A DNA stretch of 55,676 bases, the filler included, from Sluysia triapertura (Eukaryota): NCBI GenBank assembly GCA_046118255.1. It is 4 parts of 4 records of this genome, joined end to end, with 100 filler letters (N's around TTAATTAATTAA, not from the genome) between each part and the next. Parts side by side here need not be neighbours in the genome. Positions count along the whole stretch, not along the records: positions 1 to 13,671 come from JBJNIA010026839.1; 3 more parts are not named here. One strand, written 5' to 3'. Positions 1 to 12,090 of the stretch are shown here, one piece after another (position 1 is the stretch's first letter; every line of letters starts with the position of its first letter). The notes beneath the pieces are model-generated. The model was not told where the DNA came from, did not search any database, and saw only the letters and a list, made by a program, of their open reading frames with translations. Both the position numbers and the translations under genes were made by a program.

Positions 1-2
1 AT

Positions 3-128
3 TATGATATTTTAAATTGTTTTAACCACAATAAATGTGTTTTGATGGTTTTATTAGACATGTCTGCTGCTTTTGATCATGAAATATTACTTTGTGATCT
101 CCAAAGAATGTGTCTCTCGTTTTATTGA
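3..128 (+). mobile_element. Non-LTR retrotransposon (L2/CR1-like) reverse transcriptase fragment
   Basis: Frame from nt 3 reads YDILNCFNHNKCVLMVLLDMSAAFDHEILLCDLQ, matching the LLDLSAAFDTVDH-x-LL motif of L2/CR1-group RT, with TVD deleted. Confidence 0.75.
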
Positions 129-129
129 A

Positions 130-310
130 TAAACAAAAACACAAGTACAAACATAGCTCACATCAACTTCACTAATAAACAGTTCACCCATCTCATAACT
201 TCACCACACTTCACTCAAATTAAACAATACTGATAACAGGATCACCAATATATAAAGTCATTTTAATCTACAAATCATATTAAACTATTGTCGATATCGC
301 CTCTTCTTCC
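130..310 (-). repeat. Dispersed repeat (orphan ORF end plus GT-rich 3' flank); second copy at 18855-18970
   Basis: Reverse complement shares GAGGCGATATCGACA, TTTATATATT..TGATCCT.TTAT and TGTTTAT.AGT.A.GTT.ATGTGAG.T.TGTTTG with 18855-18970. Confidence 0.7.
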
Positions 311-1854
311 ACTTTAGCATCACTCCAAAGATTATAATATCGACTATGATTCATTGTGTAGATGAATTTATCATCAAAGATTAAATCAGGATCTTTTGTA
401 AAACGTCTCATGCTTTCACATGTGTAATTCTATTAACTATGGATAATGAGACAGTTATTTTATCTTTGGGCAAACATATGTAAAGATTGAGGATTTGCAG
501 TCGAGTGATGCTTATATTTAGAAAAAATTTTTTTTTCTGATGCTTAATACAGCTATTATTAATCTAATTAATATAAAATTCAATAAAAATTACTCATTTA
601 ACAACATTAATTTAATTTAATTAATTTAGTTTGATTAATTTAATTAAAAAATTAATTCCATAATATCTTTGGTCTGTAAACTAAAAATAAATCATAATTA
701 AAAATAAAGAACTGTGTCTACGATTGCACGAAAAATGAATTAATTCTAAAAATTGCAGTTAATTTGACATTCACGTGCCTTGAGAGATACCAGATAAAAG
801 TATTCCTTTTTCCAAAATTCGTCAGATAATATCAGAAAATCATGTCTATACATCACACTCCTTTTAGAATACTAAAGAATGACTAGTTAGTGATAGTTTG
901 CAAGAGTCTTAGATGAAGCTAAACCAGAATTAGTGGATCATTTGAATAATGCCAACGATGATTCAAAGTGTAAACGTTTCTTACGTATTTTAAATTTTGA
1001 ATTAAACATTTTATGTGCTTATGTTGATAACTCTGAGTTTTTTATTATAAATATTAGTTTAAATGTGCGAGTAATTAAAATAGATAATATCGAAGGCAAG
1101 TTATGCAGGAGTGTTTTAAATGATGACGAAGATTTTAATAATGTAGATATATTAGATTGCACGATTTTAAATTTTGAAATAAATAGTTCAAGTGTTTGTA
1201 TTGATAGCTCTGAATTTTTCAGTACGGAAAACCAAAATTAGCTGTTTTTTGTTTTAGAAATAGTCTTAGTGTTGAATTAAGAATTATTTATAGTCCCTTT
1301 ACGCATGGACTAAAACAAGAACATTCTGTTTTTTGTATTTCAGTGATCGATCACAAAAAGATGATTCGATTTAGAACGAATAATATATATATATGATAGT
1401 AAATATCTAAAGAAGTTTTATTTATTATTCAATAAATAGTGTTAGTATGATCCATAAAAATATGATACCTCAAAACTCATTAAAGATATCAGATTCTTCG
1501 AATTGAAATTATAGCGATTATTAATGTAGCTATTTATTATTAATTTATTATTATTATTAATTTTCACAAATTTATGAATAACCAATAACAAATATTTAGT
1601 TATACCTAAATTCACATTTACCACCTAACAAATCGCACAACAAAATTATTTAAATTAAATTTATCTCAGTTCAGTCTATTTTGATTAAATTCATTAATTT
1701 TAATTTCGTTCAACTTCATATTTATAGTTTAAGGAGTGTGTCAAACATTAGACCCAGCGATTATTTATTACTTTGAATTTTATAATAATACTGCTTTTAT
1801 CGAAATTAATAAAAATTGTTGGGTTCTCGGCACCCACATTTTCATTTGGGAAAC

Positions 1855-1918
<64 letters not shown>

Positions 1919-1920
1919 TT
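1855..1920. repeat. (AAT)13(ATT)9 inverted microsatellite
   Basis: Read directly; 1867-1920 is a perfect palindrome. Confidence 0.95.
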
Positions 1921-2080
1921 AAAGCTTAATAGTAATAATATAATATTTTTAAAATATTTTCTACTTATTATATTAAATTTTTAGAAATATAATCAAGATA
2001 GAATTAGTAATACTAATTTCAAATAATTACTTACAAAAGTAAGTATTGAGGACAATTTTTATACGCAATGTGGTTCACTG

Positions 2081-2345
2081 CCACTGGCTGGTAATGGTAT
2101 ATAAACCAGCAAATTCCAAGAGCAATAGAATAAAATCTTAACTTAAAGTGAGTTCACCAGCGTACTGGACTTACCAGCTAGGACCAGCCGTTGGATTTTG
2201 TGGATAAGAGTAAAAGAGTTATTACATTAACTCAGATAGAAAAACTTCTCTATTGTATCTTGATTTTAAAAGCTTTTTAGAAATTCTGGAGGTTTTGTAA
2301 TTTAATTATATTTTTTAATTAATTATTTTTCGAAGATCCTATGAA
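2081..2345 (+). repeat. Promoter-hairpin module, copy 1
   Basis: ACTGG-N10-TATATAAA (2083-2105), GTGAGTTCACCAGCGTACTGGACTTACCAGC (from 2148), CTGGAGGTTT (2286) and ATCCTATGA (~2336). Colinear with 4526-4897 (-) and 23380-23570 (+). Confidence 0.75.
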
Positions 2346-3317
2346 AGGAATCGTTAAAAAATTATTTTACGAAGTTGGAATTAAACCCAATTATAGAAAA
2401 CTGTCTTGATAATAAAAATTTTATAATTGAAACTATCTAAAAAGAAGACTCGTATTTATTAAAATTTTATTAAGTACAAATAAAAGAATTTATATAAATT
2501 ACAGGCAAAAATGATAATAACAAAACTTTACTTTAGAATTAAAAAATAATTCTAATTTTAATGTGACTTTAGTAAATGATTTTACGGTGATCTAAAAAAA
2601 GATTTTAAACAAATATTAATCGATTTTACTTGTATTTTGCGGAGATATCACGAGGATATCAAACCTTATTACACATAAACTAAGGTTTATATAAAAGAAA
2701 AATTCGAAAATCTGGTCAATAACTCTGTTTCAATTGAAAATTGTTAACTTGATTTTAGAATTGTTTGACGATGAAAACCTTGTAATTTTAAATCAAATTA
2801 TGTGTTGTGTGATGAAAATTGTGGCTATTTATAATTGTTTTAGTCTGACCTTGGCCAGACTAAAACAAATTATTTTAATTATTAAATTAAAACAATTTTC
2901 ATTAATTTAAAATTTTTTTTAAAAAAAAACAACAATGTCATTAAAAACACCAATTTTGAAATTTAAAGATCACTTACATTTTTCTTTTGAAAAATCCGAA
3001 ATTAAAAAATCATTATTAATGTAAAAAAATCAATAATTAACAATATTAATATATCCATTGTTCATTACATTACAACAATCAATGTACAAATCAAAGTGTC
3101 AAAGTACAAATCAGTTACAATCACAAATCATTGCACATGGATCTTGAAAAACAAACTCCTCCAAGTAATTGTAAATCATTTGAACAAGCTATAGTGATTG
3201 AGGATTCCACGTAGTGAAATTGCAAATGGCTGTATTTAAAATTACTAAATTTTCAAACAGTATGCTTTCTAAATTGATAAATTTGCAATATGGCGATTCT
3301 CATTAAATTGATGCTAG

Positions 3318-3375
3318 TTTATATACTAGTATCAACCAATGAGAATCGACGGAATGTTCTAGAACATTCTAGAAG
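3318..3375 (-). promoter_or_regulatory. Heat-shock element plus CCAAT and TATA box
   Basis: gGAAt-gTTCt-aGAAc-aTTCt-aGAAg at 3351-3375 gives five alternating nGAAn units. CCAAT at 3336-3340; TATATAAA on the minus strand at 3325-3318. Confidence 0.65.
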
Positions 3376-4525
3376 CTCCTCTTCTATTTTTAGAAGCAAA
3401 TTTTCTTTTTTTAGAACTGTTCTTTTTTTGGAAAATAATTATTTTTTAAGTGATTTTAAATAATTTTAAGGCATATTATGTGATTTTTTGAGGGTGTGAT
3501 GACAACCTAACAAATTTATTATAATAATAAAGCTTATTGGAAAGTACCACATATACCAGTTAATTTAGTACAAGGATTACAAAAATTATTATCCTAGAAT
3601 TCCTTATCTTTACAATTAATTTTGACGTTAGTATTGTTATAAAAAGATTTAATACATCAAATTTCAGGTATAACCTTGTATAATTTTTAGCGACATTTTT
3701 AAACGGTTATTTTTAATTTTTAATTTTTTGTGGTTTAAGTTTTATGTAACTTTTTAAAAAAATTTTAATTTTCTAAAATTTTAATTATTATTATTTATTA
3801 TGATTATAAATTATTATTGTTAAATTATTATATTTTTAATTATTATTATGTAAATTATTATTTTTATTTTGTTTAACTATTATTAATTATATGTTTTAAA
3901 ATAGTTTAAAAATAAAATCTAGAAATAAAATTTAAAATGTTATAATATGATTGGTCGAGAAGACCTATAAATAGATTGAAATTTAGTAACAAAATTTCGA
4001 ACGATTTCATTTTTCTTTAAGCTAAATTTAATTAATAATATGTAAAATCAACTTAAATTTAAGTCGTAATTTTGTATAACTTCAATACTACATAAATTTA
4101 TTTGAAAATTGCTATAACTAAATATTAATTATAAAATTAATATTATTAATTGAAGTAAAACGAATGTGTAACTTTTAGATAATATTTTGTAATTAAAATT
4201 AACATTAGAATATTTCGTATAATCCTGATACTTTGTAAACACAATTTATGTTTTTAAAATTTTAATACTTAATTATCAGCCTTTTGAGTTGGACAAATAA
4301 AATTTAATTTACTATTTTTATATCCTTTAATAAATCATTAAAGTTTGTGTATTTTTTATTGTTTTGTTGGACTTTTTTTGGGTTAAACAATAATTGATTC
4401 AGTTTTTTTGTATCTTTTAATAAATAATTACGCTGCGCTTATTCTTCGTATTCTTATAATAAAAGTTACAATAAAATCTTTATTAGGAAAAATATAATTG
4501 TAATAAGTGATTAAATCTAAGAAAC

Positions 4526-4897
4526 ACGTAGGACTGATAATATTGTGAATATACCTCCAATTTACTATTGTAATAGAAATAATATCGAAATCCTTTTTCA
4601 ATTACAATAAAGAGTTACATAAAACCAATCACATATATTTACTTTCAGTTTTAATCTCTTTTCTTGACGCTGCAAATATATGTGCAGGCCCTTCAGTGAG
4701 TAAGTCCAGTGTCCTAGAGAATTCACGAGCAAAAAGATAAACGATTAAAGTAAATAAAATTTTTCTTATCTTATCATTCTATTCTTCACATTTTTCCTAA
4801 TTGACAAAATCCCTTAAAATGGCGAATATAAATGAAAATTTTAAAATGAATAGCTGATGATAGTTTATATACCAGCCATCAGCCAATGGGAATCGAT
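4526..4897 (-). repeat. Promoter-hairpin module, copy 2 (inverted)
   Basis: Minus strand reads ATTGG-N11-TATATAAA (4887-4864), GTGAATTCTCTAGGACACTGGACTTAC...GGGCCTGC (4727-4683), TTGGAGGT (~4560) and TCCTACG (~4532). Confidence 0.65.
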
Positions 4898-5639
4898 AAA
4901 ATTGTTGAGTCTTTAGAAATTATTCGCTACAATAAATCAATATCAATGCAATTAGCTTAAAAAGAATCTCAATGATTTAAGTATTCATTGTATCAAGTAT
5001 AAATCTTCAGTAATGTTCTTACTTTGATACTAATAATTATTCACCAAAAAATTAAGTTTTTAAAAATCAAATCAATAACAACAACACAATAATTTACTGA
5101 TTAAACAAAAATCAAATACAAATTATTATTATTATTATAAATCTCCACTAAACAATCATAAAAAAGACAAAAATAATAAGATTAACAATAATGTTTATAA
5201 TATTATCAAGGATATGACTGTCTGTATGAAGAAACCAGGAGTGACGCAACAAATACAAAATATAAATATCCAGAAAGTTTAAAATAGTTTAGATATATAA
5301 AATGATGCTTAGATATTTTAAAAATTTCGTATTCCACAAAATTATCTTACAAATAACTAAAAATCAAATTATTAAAAATTTTTTAAAATAAATATTTTAA
5401 AAATAAATTGGGCAGGGATCCTCCCAAAAATCGAATTTATGAATATCTGAAAAGTTAAAATTAAAATTATTTAAAATTAAAAATAATAATTAAATATATA
5501 ACTGAAAATATTACAAAATAATAATAATTCCCCAAAAAAATTAAATCTAATTATCAATAACTTAAAAACTAATATATTTTTTTATTATGGAAAAATTAAT
5601 ATTGCAAAGCTAACTAAATATTTCCCTTAAAAACTTATT

Positions 5640-8150
5640 TATTTTATTTTATTTAAAATAATAAAATAATAAAAAGTATGGATATTCTCCTGCTTGATGC
5701 CTGTGGTATTGTGTGATTGTGTAATTGTGTAATTTTTTAAATTTTTCATTTTATACTCTTTCATTATCCAATCAATCCCATGTTTCACAATCAAACGCTC
5801 TTTCATACAAATCATCAAAACATCTTTAAGAATTAAACCGACAATAATAACTTTGATAATTACATTGTACTGTCTGTAAAACTTCATTATGTACAAAACA
5901 CAAAAATTTGATTTATTTTCAACCATAATTTTCTTTTATTCTACTCAATCTATTTTTACTTAAATTACTTCTCACATTAAAATAACAATCAACAATATTG
6001 TTAACATACATAAAATAATGAATTTATGTTCACTTTTTATTATTTAATTAATTTTCTATTTTTCACACCCAATTTTCTAATGAAAAAATGTTTTAAGCTT
6101 ATTATTCTCAAACGAACCATTCTACAAATATTTCGAACTCACTTTCGATTCTCCTCTTCCATAACAATCATCTCATATTCAATTCATTACATTTGCATCA
6201 CACTAAGTATTAAAATTCAACATTTCATAATTAAAAATTAATTAAAATTTGACTTTATTAAAAATTAAGGTCTTTTTCAAAACAAATACATACACTATTT
6301 CAAATTTAACATAGCATTCCGCATTCAAAAGACATTCACAAAAACGTAATTTTTCTTAATTAAGTTAATTAAAATTTTAATTAATTAATCTATTTAATTA
6401 ATTTTAATTTAATTTAATTTTAGAAAATCAGTCAAAATTATCAAAATGAGTTAAAAGTATCACAATAACACTATTATATAATGATTTTATAACTATCGTT
6501 TTAAGATAGTTCAACGTTACAAAAGATTTTAATTATGATTTTTAATGTAAAATATGCAACTTTGTTGCTTTAGATTATAGTCTAAAGTATAAAAAAATAA
6601 TTTTATAACTATCATATTAAGATAGCTAAACATTATCAAAGATTTTAATTGCATTTTATTCGCTACATATAGGTGAGGAGAAGATGTTATTTAAAATAAA
6701 CTTACGAATTTTGTGTTGATAAATTTGAGTTAGTAAATCGATATCCTATTCAAACGATTTATCAATTGTATGGAATTGAAATGACTTTATATGAATAATT
6801 TTTTATTTGTTATTTGATATCTTTTCTTTTATAGACTATTTATTGTTTCAAATAATAATTTTCAATAACTTTCTTTCTTGATACCGAATTTTAGTTTATT
6901 ATTATTTTTATTTATTATTATTACTATTTTAGACTATTTCTTTTAGAAATTAAAAATAATAATATTATTTTTAGGATAATTAAATTTTTTATTTTCCACT
7001 CCGACATCTATCATAATCACACACGAACAGAATCTGCAATAAGCTCAACACCAATAAGAGTACTGATTCGGAATTTTAGTACATTTTTTATCAAAGCTAA
7101 TGCTAAATGTTTGTTTTCCATCAATAAATTAAGTTGAGGTTATGCAATCATACTACATGTTCAGGATCTGGAACTATAACAGAACTGAAACACATAAATT
7201 TACTTTTAGAATTATTAATGCTGCTTTATAATGTCGTGCAATGATCAAGCTCAATTACATCTTTTAAATCATTATCAGAAAATTTTCTTTTCAGAGATAG
7301 TATTGATTTTCTCATATATTAACTTGATTACCATTAAAGAGTGGAAGTTTTTCTTTAATAGAATTTTCCACATTAATATAATCATCAAACTTCAACATAA
7401 GAACTTGTAGAAATACACATACACAAATTTTTATATCTAAAGTATCTTCAATCTATTCTAGTTTGTACATCTTGTGACACTTTTTGAACCGATACCGCCG
7501 AAACATTTCTTCACTCAAATTCAAATAAAAAATTGTCGTTAAAAATCTGTCTAGCTTATTATTTTAATTTAAAAATTTTCTTTTTATGTCTTCACGTATA
7601 TCTTCCTTATATGAATTGGCAGTTAATGCAGCCAATTTACATTTCATTGGTTTGATAGTAAAATATTATTTTACTAATAATGTTATTCTATTATTATATA
7701 ATTAAAACTTAATGTTTTGTTGAATAACACTTTCACAGAGAGTGTAAACAGAAACTATCTAATGATGTACGAAAGTTCGATTAATGATGACTTACATTCA
7801 GATTGAAGATGGTTAGAATTAGATATTTTCTTATGTATTTTGTAAAATTTGTGGTACAGTAATAAACTTATGTGTTATTATTACAAGTCACTCTGATGTT
7901 CTAGATGATTTCATCTTCACACCTTTGATTCCTTTTTCTATTTCTTTAAGTTAATTATTAATATATCAAATTTATTTTTAATATTAGTAATAATGTTTTT
8001 ATTTTCTCAATTATTTTAAAGATTTCAAATAATTTATAAGGTTACTCAAAGGTCTTATGTTCTTATCAAAGTCTCAGAAATTCTTAAATATTTTAAGATT
8101 CATAAGTGCAAGAGTACTTTAATCAATCTCAAGATCACAACACTCATTAA
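5640..8150 (-). repeat. ~1.1-kb repeat / decayed gene family, copy A (5640-6430 and 7880-8150, split by a ~1.45-kb insert)
   Basis: Colinear with 9560-10560 (e.g. identical CATAGCATTCCGCATTCAA at 6310 and 10197) and with the reverse complement of 30300-31400. Confidence 0.8.
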
Positions 8151-9559
8151 AATAAAATATATTTCAATCAATATATTCAAAATAAAATAATAACTTTTAA
8201 TATAAAAAATTAATCGAATCCTTAACCATAGATTACTAAATTGTTATAAATGTTAGTGATCTCAAAATATTGTAGAATAAACCTAAATTCAATTGAAGTA
8301 TTTAAACAGTTGCGGCTCAAAAAATGGCATAAACATTCTATGATTCATAAAAGGCATAAGAAAATTCCTAATTTTAAACTATTTCAAATCAAAATTCATA
8401 AAACACTAACTCAGATCACAAAATAGTCCTTTTACTATTAATTAATTTACAGCATTATTCATTAAACCATTTCAACTTCAAACCAATCAATAATGATGTT
8501 GTAGTAAACAATACGATGCTACAGCTCTTTTCTTGACTCGGTTCACTACTAGACTAAACTTTAAATTACCACAACTGTATAGCTTTAAACTCAGCCAAAT
8601 TCTCAATGAATATGGAATCATTATTAGAATTCATTTAATTGTAATTAATTAATTAAACAGTAACATAAATATTACGTGCACATTTCATTGGAGCAAACTT
8701 AATAAACTAATTATGTCACAGTTTTTATGGTAGTAAAATTTGTCATTCTAAAGTTTGAATCGTTAAACAGATATTTCCATTGTCATTCATTTTTTGGTAA
8801 ATGTATGTAGCATCAATATTAGAAAATCGTCGCATTTGTAATAAAGATGATACAATTATTATTAATGAATGGTACTGTGTTTGTAAAGTATACGAAGATA
8901 TTACATGAAATAACTCAGTTATGGTTAGATATTGTCCTAAGAAAGAATATTTTCTCAGAGATCCAGAAGTATTCAAGTATTAAATTCAATGTCAAAATTT
9001 TCTCTAGTTCTACCAAGCCATTTAAACCATGTTATAATTCTACTCAAAATATGTTTGATAATTTTAGTAAGTTTCTTATATGTTATTCTCATTATTTTAG
9101 TGTTAAAATTTTTTATAATTGATAAATCTGTCTACTAGTTGCTCCTTTTAAAATTAAACTTAATCTCAATTACAATTTCTGTATATAAATGAAGAGAGGA
9201 TGTCAGAATAATATTACAATTATGTTTTGACACAATAATTATTAACTAAGACAAACAGGGTTAAATGTTATAATATTAGATTATAAACAATCGAATAAAT
9301 ATAGAACTAATAACTAAGGGAATATATCAGAAAGAATTTTCTGCATTCTATAGAAGAAAAAATTAAATTGCATTACTTTGCAATCTCGATGTCGAAAACC
9401 CAAAAGTTACTTAAGCTTATAAATATTACAATAATAATAACAAAATTATTTGGACAGGGAATCTCACAAAATTCAATTCATTAAACAATAATATATCAGT
9501 ATAATTAAATTTATTTTTAAATCAATAAAATGCAATAAAAATAAAATAAATTAAATTAC

Positions 9560-10560
9560 CTGCATTATAGAACTATTAACATTATTTCTTGTCATGTAAA
9601 ATTTTTAAGTAACCCTCGAATACTTTCTCATTATCCAATAATTCTTGAGTTTTGCAATCAAACATTTTCTCAAACAAATCATCACAACATTCTTTGTGAA
9701 TTAAACCGACAATAACTTTGACAGTTACATGGTGCAGCCTGCCAAACTTTGTTAGGTATAGAAGACAAAAATTTGATTAATGATCAGTTATTATTTTACT
9801 TTAGCGAACTCAATCTTTTACTTAAATTACTTTTTACATTAAAATAGCAATCACTAGTGTTGTTAACTTACATAAAAATAATGAATTTAATTTTTGTTTT
9901 TAGAATTTCATTGATTTTCATTTTTTCACATTTCGTTTTCTAATGAAAAGTGTTTAAGGATCTTATTCTCAAACAAACCACTCTACAGGCATTTCAAACT
10001 CACTTTTAGATTCTCCTCATTCGTAGCATTCAATTATTTATCTTTTCATCATTCTAAGTATAAAAAATTAAACATTCGATAATTAAGAATTATTTAAAAT
10101 TTGACTTTACTTATTATTAAGGCTTCACGAACTCGGGCAAACCATACCTTCATCGAAGTCTTTTTAAAACAAAAAAATGTACAAATTCAATTTTGACATA
10201 GCATTCCGCATTCAATCGTCATCTACAAAACATACTTCTTTCTTAATATGTTAATTAAGATTTTAATTAAGTAATCTATTTTTAGATTTAATCTTATTTC
10301 TGAGGTTTTATTAAGGTTCTAAAATTGTTTAGTACTCTTTAAGTACACTTTCTCTACTGTGTTAACTTTTTCTACTACATTTTGTTAATTATCCATATGT
10401 AGAATTTATCTTTTATATTAGTCACAACAATTTTTCAATTTTTTAAGATTTCAAATACCTTCCACTATTACTCAAAGACTTCAAAGATTCTTAAAAGTTA
10501 ATAAGGTCTTAACTGATCTCAAAGTTCACAAGTTCAAGGGAATTTTAATGTTTCAAAACT
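9560..10560 (-). repeat. ~1.1-kb repeat family, copy B
   Basis: Direct similarity to copy A, e.g. GAATTAAACCGACAATAA, TTACTTAAATTACTT, TTATTCTCAAAC. Confidence 0.8.
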
Positions 10561-12090
10561 TTTCCAAACTCATCTCAAGTTTCACCAAGGAATTCAACAC
10601 CAAGGCATTATTTCAAGGTATTATTCATTTTTCAAAATGATTATAGATGTTTTTATTTTCATCATTCTAATGATAAAAAGATTCTTTTGTGACGCACATT
10701 TAAGTATTGACGAAATTTTGTGCATTCATACTAAGCAAAGTTATTTTAAGTCATACCAAGAATATTTTTACAATTATAATGTAAAAATAAAGAACATTAC
10801 CTAATACTTCATAAGTCACAATTATATTAGTTCACTTTTAAAAATTAAAACAAACCAGATTATTTCAAACTCATCTAACCTTAACTCCATTTCATTCATC
10901 ATTTCTACATTAAAGATTCTAAATTCTAAGTGTACTAACATTTGCATAAATTTACTGCATCGCAAAATAACCTTTTAATTTTAATCTATATAGTTTCATG
11001 AAATATAGAAGATTCGATCAAAACAGCTTTTAAAATTAACGATAGTTTATTTGCTGCGTAATTTTATTATTTAAAACATTTTGTTTGACATCTGTATTGA
11101 TAACATCGGCAAAAATAGTCATTATATACAAAGATCTTTTAAATTCGACTTTCAAATATAAAATATTGGAATGATTTTATTAATTTCCATATAATAACAT
11201 TTTATTTAATAATTTATATACACATTTAGATTCATTCAATCAATGTCTTATTCAATTATGGTATTCAAAACGTTGTTTTTTATATGAATACTTAGCCACT
11301 GTGTCGTTTATGTCATCTTAATTTACTTACGTTTAATGTTTAGCAACTTTTTCCAATCATTTTAAATTCGGATTTATATATAACAAAAGAGGCATTCCTT
11401 TTGACAGATCATTGATCGAGTTTTTTCCAGCATTCTTGATATAAACCATGAAACAACTTTGTTAACATTTTCAATTAATTATTCTTTCATTATTAATATG
11501 TTTATTGATATTTTTAATAGTTTGCAATAGATAAATTAATTTTATTTTAACTTGATAATTTAATTGTACCTTGTAGAAATGACATAAAGATCAATTAGAG
11601 AAATATAAATTTAATAAGAATGATAATTAACCATCATATTGATTATTTAAAATATTCTAATTTATATTATAATATGGAGTAGATAACTAGTAAACGTTAA
11701 TTAAGCGTAAATTCACTTTTAAATCAAAAACGATTAATGGCAATGAAATTTTATTATTATTCATATTAAATATTTTATTTTTGGAGGCATATTATAACTA
11801 AAATCTTTATTTTTATTTTACCAATAAAGTTTTCTATTTTACTTCGGCTTTTTAAAAAGCATTAGAAAAACTAAGTCACTTATAAAACAAATTGATTATT
11901 TAATCAATATCAAAACATTTAGATACTAATTTGTATATTTTCAAGTAGTTACTTCAGCATTGTTATTAATTGATATAATATATGGAAAATTCTAAAATAA
12001 ATTTAATAAATTTATATTAATAAACATTAGCTATATTTTCACATAAACAAAATATTATTACAATAATAATTTTATCGACATTTTTGGATT

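Noticed and set aside
1736-1984. ORF with poly-Ile/poly-Leu (also 38953-39237)
   Set aside because: Artefact of (AAT)n/(ATT)n microsatellites.
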